Source: Perkinsela sp. CCAP 1560/9 (taxonomy: Eukaryota > Protista > Euglenozoa: Kinetoplastea). Taken from it: a DNA stretch of 51,585 bases. Position 1 is the first letter of the stretch. Each line of letters starts with the position of its first letter. The DNA lies in contig CBFFSA010000056.1 of NCBI GenBank assembly GCA_965644495.1, positions 1 to 51,585 of the forward strand, in the 5' to 3' direction. A model generated the notes under the pieces. It was not told the origin of the DNA. It made no database searches and was given only the letters and a program-made list of their open reading frames with translations. Positions 44,261 through 51,585 of the stretch are shown here, one piece after another. Both the position numbers and the translations under genes were made by a program.

Positions 44261-44711
44261 GCGAGTTTTGTTCATTGCTCCCACGGCCTCCGTCACTTCT
44301 ATAGATGCGCTTTCCTCACCAACCTTGCACACTTAATAATAATAATAATATAACAAAAGACTATACACATGCAACTTTCAACGTACACTCTCCTTAGCGC
44401 ACTGAAACATCTATCCACACGAATTTATCACGAATAGGCCAAACCGCGGATTATGCGAATGGAGGTAGGAGACCTATCCTCTTTTGCAATTAGGAGAAAA
44501 CGTGTACAAACGAGCACAAGCAAACCAGAACAATCTTACAATTAGCCATTTTCAGCTCAATATTTCACCATCGATATTCAACGCGGTACCAAGGGTTAAG
44601 CAGTACGCAAGTTCTTGCCTTCATTGCCGCGTCATATGCCCGAAGAGCAACTCAGCGCCAACTTGTTCTCTGCTTGCCAAATAAACCACCGTATACTATC
44701 AATATTACGAT

Positions 44712-44847
44712 TAAACAAAAAGGGGGTAGTAAACAAAAAGGGGGTAGTAAACAAAAAGGGGGTAGTAAACAAAAAGGGGGTAGTAAACAAAAAGGGGGTA
44801 GTAAACAAAAAGGGGGTAGTAAACAAAAAGGGGGTAGTAAACAAAAA
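44712..44847 (+). repeat. 18-bp tandem repeat TAAACAAAAAGGGGGTAG, ~7.5 copies
   Basis: Seen directly. Confidence 0.95.
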
Positions 44848-45061
44848 AAAGCATATCAAGCACTACTACTTTCAAGCCTTCAACATTAGAAGGACGCACG
44901 ATCTGTTTGCTGCAACTCGCAGCCTTTGACTACTCACCTTCACACTTCTTTCCAACTTCCCTAATACTGCCGCTCTGCACGTCTTCTTGGAGAGCCTCCA
45001 TTTTTATCCTCTCAGTCTTAAAAAGCGTAAGGAGAAATTGAACCTGGTGGATCGACAGCCC

Positions 45062-45363
45062 GAGCTGAAACGGAGTTTTGGGCGCTCTAGAGTTATCGCT
45101 CCATCTGGGAACATTTTTCACACGCACGCAATAGACGTTTATCGTAGCAGGGGGCTTCAAGAGCTTCGGTTGCGTGAGGGAGGGATGCAGAGACATTTGA
45201 TGAATCTCAGCAGGGCCCGAGCTGAAAAAGATTTTTGGCGCTCTAGAGATCCACTGATTCCTCATCCGTACAACTGAACCCTTCGATTCCTGTGTGAACA
45301 AGCTTGCCCGGCACTTTCGAAGAATACCAGCAAAACCCGAGCTGAAAAAGATTTTTGGCGCTC
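45062..45363. other. Three free-standing copies of the GAGC-N17/18-GCTC dyad motif with unrelated spacers
   Basis: 45062-45087, 45219-45243, 45339-45363. Confidence 0.8.
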
Positions 45364-45571
45364 GAGAGTTCCACCGCTTTTGCTTCAGTGTTCCTGGACC
45401 CCTTGTTCCTTTAAGCGAAGCGCGTTTCGACAATTCATGCAACAGGTGCAGAGAAGACATGAACCTCACCCTCCCAACTTCTCGCTTGGGGCAATGCCGT
45501 CCCGGACACATGGTCTAAAACTTAGTAGGGAAAAAATGACAACAATATTACGTACCCCACTCAGTGTTTTC

Positions 45572-45974
45572 GATCCTGGTTGAGCATTTGATCCTAGTTG
45601 AGCATTTGATCCTGGTTGAGCATTTAATCCTGGTTGAGCATTTGATCCTGGTTGAGCATTTAATCCTGGTTGAGCATTTAATCCTGGTTGAGCATTTAAT
45701 CCTGGTTGAGCATTTGATCCTGGTTGAGCATTTAATCCTGGTTGAGCATTTAATCCTGGTTGAGCATATTTTGATGAACCCGATGTACGTTCCGCCACGT
45801 CGGATTTATTGAAAAGTTTAAGTGTTTTACTATTTTGTATATTCTTTCTGCTTTGTGAAGTCCAGTGTGTCATACGAAGAAGTCGAGATGTATCGACACT
45901 ATAAGTACCTACTCGAGAGCCCCTAACTGGTCCACTAAAAAGGACTCAGTGTATTTGTTGTTGTTGTTGTTGTT
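45572..45974 (-). repeat. Inverted copy of the 29912-30327 cassette (18-bp minisatellite)
   Basis: Reverse complement match; unit order differs slightly. Confidence 0.92.
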
Positions 45975-46125
45975 TTCGATGAGTACGGATATTTAGCAAT
46001 GAAATATACATAAATGCTCCAGAATATTATTAACGCGTTGATAAATAAATGTACCAAGAGGACATAACACTCCTGAAAATAAGCGTTCCAGATTAATGCG
46101 CAAAGTTATACACAGCAAATTTCGA

Positions 46126-47720
46126 TTACATATAGCGGCTTTTCTTCACAAAAATGGGGGCATTCGTCATTCTACCCCGTGATGTCTTGTACTGAGAAAA
46201 CTTTACTGGATCCCCAGTATTAGCTTCTGGGTTGAGTGAACGAGCAATCCTGACTGTGCTGCCTTCTTCTGTATTTTTCAGTTTCCCTTTTTTCATATTC
46301 ACTTTGTGTGTAGATTTTTCTTGGAGATCATGCTCCCTTTTTTGACCGTGATTAGATTTGTTTCCCTCCCTTTGCGTGTGAATGACGCATGAAAAACGAC
46401 GTGCAGCTGTTCTCTGTGCTTTGCGTGCTATTTCATCAGCTTTTTCATTGAAGGAATTCCCGCAGTGTGCCCGCACTTTAATAACGTAGAGACTACTATC
46501 TGTACAACGCTCTTTAATTGCTCCTTGTATCTGCGTGAGTAGGTCAGCATTTGGCATGCCACCGTATCCAATGATTGAAAAACGAACCCTAACATTATGA
46601 TACCAGTCCCATACATAATGAGAATCAGTATGTATAACTGTGTTCCTCGTAGAAGACGAAGCTGCCTGAATGCCCAAAAGAAAGGAGCGAAGTTCAGCCC
46701 GATCCGGTGAAGTGCATTCCGGTGGTAAAACGTGTTGTCTGGTTCTTACACCATTTGAATTAACAATAACTATCCCCGAACCCACGGCTGGTTTTCCTGC
46801 TTCTGAACTGACAGCCCCATCTACGTATATGTGTTCGGAATCAGCTGAGAGAGGAGAATGGTCCGTGCCTTCTTCAATTCCTTCGAGTACTTTGTAGGTG
46901 GTAGTATCTAAGTCCTGGCATACCTTCTTCCAGGATCTAGAGCCGAAAACCATGTAGGATTTGTGAGATTCAAGATATTCACGCAAAAATTTAACTCTCG
47001 ACGCCCACCAATCCCGATCTCCCGCTAGGACATTGAGATCTTCGACATCTAGTTCCATGTCTTCAGCACATGCCTCTGATAGAGTGGGACGATATTTCTT
47101 TCCTGTTGCTTTGCGCCATAGCATTACCGATTTGAAGGGATTATTGCCGCGGATCAGGTGTCCTAGCATTTGAACTCGGAGGACTCGACATGCGTTAGAA
47201 AGTCGCATTCTGTTCCCGTATAGTGCATCACATGGTGTACCTCTTGTACCATCCCAAGTACGAACCCCGAGAGCTAGTCTTCTCATTCGGTTCACTTCAC
47301 AGTCAATTAAATCAGCGTCTTTTTTTATTAGGGAAAAGTTTCCACAGCCATACAGCAATAAAGGTGAAACCAGAGATTCGAATAAGTGAAATTTTGTGAC
47401 AAGCGTGAGGCCTGATTTCCATAATGACTGTAGGCGATGTGTTGCAGCCCACGCTAAGTTAATTCGGTCTTCAAAGTTTACAATGACACCCTTATTAGTA
47501 ATTTTCAACCCCAAGTATCGATATTCGGTGATTCGAGGCACCAACCCCCCATTGGTTAGAATCAAGTCTCCTTGTGCGTCATTCACTTGACCTACTGTCA
47601 TCCACGCAGTTTTATTTACACCAATGTTGAGACGTAAGTTGACTTTCGCAGCTGTTTGTTCCAGTCTTTCCAGAACGCGATTCAAATTAGTAAGAGAGGG
47701 ACATATGAGCACTAAATCAC
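46126..47720 (-). pseudogene. RTE-like RT C-terminal half + RNase H
   Basis: KTAWM, YRYLG, RINLAWAA..LQSLW and LLYGC; RNase H motifs YVDG, RAELRS, HTDS, KVRAHCGNSFNEKAD. The 5' end abuts (TG)n. Confidence 0.85.
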
Positions 47721-47898
47721 ACACACACACACACACACACAACACTGAAGGCATTACCCTTCAGTTGAGAAACTGTTCAAGCTTCACTAAATATATGCTC
47801 CTAAAACTAGAACTAATAGAATTTGATTCCCACACCATCGTGCGCCCTATTGGTAGATATATTTTTCCATTACTTTCGTTTTGAGTACACCCCTGAGT

Positions 47899-50674
47899 TT
47901 ACAGGTTGGATGTTCGGAAATGTTTCTTTTCGCTTTGTTCAAATTCTGCGTTAGCAAGCGAGGACGCGGTGTCTAGTAACTTACCTTTTCTCTTACGCCG
48001 CATCCGACGCTCCTCACGGGTTGGGTTCGTGGTTTTCTTTTCTATTGTTTTAAGGCAAGCTATCCACTCATATTCGGAGTGGGCCGATTCATTTCCTCGG
48101 TTCAGGTTTTTTCTTCGTTTAGAAATAGGTTCCGAACTAACGAGCTTTTTACTTAAGGTATCCGCTTCTTCATTCCATTTATTCCCTGAATGGCCTCGGA
48201 CCTTAATAAAGGTGATGGTTCTCCCCTGACAATGCGCTGATCGAATAAAACTATCCAGAAAACTAAGCAGATCGGAATTCGAGCCTTCAAAACCAACCAG
48301 TCGATCTTTCCTTCGGCGCATATTTACAAAATTCCACACATAATACGAATCTGTGTGTACAACAACATTTTCAACTTCTTTTAGTTTACTCAAACCAAAT
48401 AGGGCAGCGTGAATTTCGGCTCTTTCAGGAGATTTGGTTTCCAGGTAGGATAGGGAGGACGAAAAACTTTCATGCTTCTCTGCGTTTACTATTACACATC
48501 CAACTGCTACCTTTACCCTTGTTTCCGTATCATCGGAGATAGAAGCATCCACGTACGCATGCATTTCCTCTGGTTTTACAGGAAAAGGGGTTTCCCCTTC
48601 TTCGATAAATTGTAATTTATTACACACTGTTTCTTTTAAAGCGTTTTTGTATGCTAGTTTCCATTTAGGACTTTTGTAGCCAATATAAGACTCTGAGGGC
48701 TCGAGTCTCTCTGAGAGGTTTTCAATTAATTTGGCCCAGTGTGCGCGATCAGAGGCATATACAAGCATTTCTTCCATCTCAATCCCAAGGTCTTGTGCGC
48801 ATGCTTCGGAAGGCGATGGAAATCTCGCCTTTTCCCGGGAGCCCCATCCTACTAAAGAGCGGTAGATCTCAGAGTGCCTAATTTGGTGACCCACAAGGCG
48901 CGCCCGATTAATACGATGTATTGTATTGAAATGTAGCGTGTTGTGGTACAGAGATTCAATAGGATAACAATGCCCATTCTCATCAACTCCTACGGCGTCA
49001 CACACGATGCGCCTCATGTTGTTTACCTGTACTTCAACGTTTCTCACCTGCGATGCCGATATCACCATGGATGACGTACCGTAGTTTAGTATGGGATAGA
49101 CAAGGGTGTCAAAAATTCGAAGCTTAGCCTTTACGCGAAGAGGCGAGATCCAAATACCTCGTAGTTTGCTAAAACACGCCCACGTCAAACGTAATCTGTC
49201 GGTTAATGTTAATTTAGGCTCGGTTTCATTCTGAACATGCCCCAGATGGCGGTACGATTTTACTTTCGGAATGTTCCCACAAGTTGATGAAAGGAGATCG
49301 CCATCCTTATTCTCATTCTTCGAGATGGACATCCATGCCGTTTTGTTGACACCAGCGGCTATACTCAAATTAGCTTTGGATGCTTCAGTAGCGACGCTGT
49401 CGACCATCCTTTCTAATGAACGTTTGGAGTCGGAAAACAGGATCAAATCATCAGCGTAATCAATATCAGTCACTCGTGTTGATTTATATCCACGTTTTCT
49501 GGTTCCGGCGGAGCTCAGCGTTAGTCCATCATCTTTATTTTTCAATGCCGCGTGAAGGATGCGATCGAGAACCATGATAAATAAATACGGAGCCAGCACA
49601 TCCCCTTGCAAAATACCCGAGGTAATAGGAAAGGAGCTGGTTTTCCCAAACGGGGTACGTACAATGGCCTCTAAGCCCTCGTAGGCCGACATTGCAAGGG
49701 TTGTCATTCGAGGTCCTACGTGGAACGAATGTAACGCTGCCCTGATAGATGAGTGTGAAAGCGATGGAAAGGCAAGTTAATGAAAGCGAATGAAAGGCAG
49801 TTAATTGAGCATCCACTGTAGGAAGAATTCGATTTAGTATCATACGGTTCATGAGTTTTGCAGCGTGCACTATTAGACATATTGGTCTCCAATTGTTCAT
49901 GTTGCCTAAGTCGCCTTTTTTCGGAACTGGGACTTGGATAACTCGTTTCCATGTCTGTAGCGCTCTTCCGCTCTCACGAACCATATTAATTAAATGTAGA
50001 AGAATAGATTGTATGAACGGATCGCTGTTCAGTACTCGTAAGGCTTCAATTGGAATCGAGTCAATGCCTGGTGCTTTACCAGTTGCCATATCTTTAAGAG
50101 CAGTCGTCAATTCATTGAGATCAAACGGTCCACCAGATATAGGGATAAACGACTTTGGCGCTTCCGCAAATTTGATCTTGTTGTCTACCTCCTTTAGTTG
50201 CACAGTATTCTGAAAGTGTAATCGCACATTACATAATTGTTCGCTTTTTGTTTTTCCTGGCGGTCTGAGGCGTGATGAAGTGTGCCCAGTCATCATTTTA
50301 ACATGTCTCCAAGAAGAACGTTTGTATCTTTGAAAGTTTTGTTGTAGAGACAGGCATTCTTGAGTGATATTTTCATTCACGGTGATGCTATGTTCTTTTA
50401 CTAGAGAATCGAACCTCTGCGGACTTTGAGACGTACGGAAAATGTCACGGATTCGCAACTGTGTAGTAGTTTCATCGTTTGAAGCAAACATGTTTATGTT
50501 TTCCTCCTTCGTTGGTATAGATTCAGCCGCCATGATAATTGCTTTTTCCAATTTATCCCACAAAATATCACTTGGAAATATCACAGGCATTTCGGTTGAC
50601 ATTTTCTGGTTTGGCTCATTTCGTCTTCTTTTCATCCCAACTATCTCCGCATGTTCGGTGTAGTTCTCTTTCAC
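47899..50674 (-). mobile_element. RTE-like non-LTR element with RNase H, internal deletion/frameshift at ~49700-49800, 5' end cut by the GA array
   Basis: GKAPGIDSIPIEAL, VPVPKKGDL..NNWRPICL, GILQGDVLAPYLF, YADD and YRHLG; RNase H motifs YVDAS, RAEIHA, HTDS, KVRGHSGNKWNEEAD. RT motif A (D..KAFD) is missing at the break. Confidence 0.88.
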
Positions 50675-50676
50675 AG

Positions 50677-51585
50677 GAAGAGAAAGAGGAAGAAAGAGGA
50701 AGAAAGAGGAAGAAAGAGGAAGAAAGAGGAAGAAAGAGGAAGAAAGAGGAAGAAAGAGGAAGAAAGAGGAAGAAAGAGGAAGAAAGAGGAAGAAAGAGGA
50801 AGAAAGAGGAAGAAAGAGGAAGAAAGAGGAAGAAAGAGGAAGAAAGAGGAAGAAAGAGGAAGAAAGAGGAAGAAAGAGGAAGAAAGAGGAAGAAAGAGGA
50901 AGAAAGAGGAAGAAAGAGGAAGAAAGAGGAAGAAAGAGGAAGAAAGAGGAAGAAAGAGGAAGAAAGAGGAAGAAAGAGGAAGAAGAGGAAGAAAGAGGAA
51001 GAAAGAGGAAGAAAGAGGAAGAAAGAGGAAGAAAGAGGAAGAAAGAGGAAGAAAGAGGAAGAAAGAGGAAGAAAGAGGAAGAAAGAGGAGAAAGAGGAAG
51101 AAAGAGGAAGAAAGAGGAAGAAAGAGGAAGAAAGAGGAAAAGAGGAAGAAAGAGGAAGAAAGAGGAAGAAAGAGGAAGAAAGAGGAAGAAAGAGGAAGAA
51201 AGAGGAAGAAAGAGGAAGAAAGAGGAAGAAAGAGGAAGAAAGAGGAAGAAAGAGGAAGAAAGAGGAAGAAAGAGGAAGAAAGAGGAAGAAAGAGGAAGAA
51301 AGAGGAAGAAAGAGGAAGAAAGAGGGGAAAGAGGAAGAAAGAGGAAGAAAGAGGAAGAAAGAGGAAGAAAGAGGAAGAAAGAGGAAGAAAGAGGAAGAAA
51401 GAGGAAGAAAGAGGAAGAAAGAGGAAGAAAGAGGAAGAAAGAGGAAGAAAGAGGAAGAAAGAGGAAGAAAGAGGAAGAAAGAGGAAGAAAGAGGAAGAAA
51501 GAGGAAGAAAGAGGAAGAAAGAGGAAGAAAGAGGAAGAAAGAGGAAGAAAGAGGAAGAAAGGAAGAAAGAGGAAGAAAGAGGAAG
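50677..51585 (+). repeat. Homopurine 10-bp tandem array (GAAGAAAGAG)n, ~90 copies, running to the window end
   Basis: Seen directly, with a few unit variants. Confidence 0.98.

Noticed and set aside
45062-45363. CRISPR array or integron cassette array
   Set aside because: Only three degenerate repeats with long unequal spacers, no cas genes, a eukaryotic context and no cassette ORFs. The motif itself is kept as a finding.

Overview
Eukaryotic, intron-less DNA, inferred to be a kinetoplastid nuclear chromosome. The evidence is a kinetoplastid-type mitoribosomal bL27m, a CRK3-like CDK, co-oriented genes, and CRE- and TATE/VIPER-type retroelements; a Perkinsela-like lineage is only a guess. Bases 1-12 kb hold seven co-oriented minus-strand housekeeping genes: a long TBC Rab-GAP running off the left edge (missed by the ORF track), an ankyrin protein, KRI1, an Enhancer-of-polycomb-like protein, bL27m, a CRK3-like CDK and RPSA. 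A MITE-like element and a local GC-rich island lie within this block. A 2.1-kb G-strand satellite (12.6-14.7 kb) separates it from a ~36-kb, strongly polarised mosaic of retroelement pieces. The mosaic contains about 11 CRE-clade fragments (RT + restriction-like endonuclease), a split TATE/VIPER-like tyrosine-recombinase retroelement with a mini-derivative, and four RTE-like RT/RNase H pieces, and it ends in a (GAAGAAAGAG)n array. The most novel signal is a dyad DNA motif, GAGC-N17/18-GCTC. It is conserved at synonymous positions inside five diverged CRE copies and is also arrayed free-standing outside any CRE reading frame. Other notable points are insertions flanked by 89-167 bp duplications, an extra zinc finger inside the CRE endonuclease, and a conserved hairpin/polypurine junction between head-to-tail CRE units. 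All calls were made by eye; no database searches were run.
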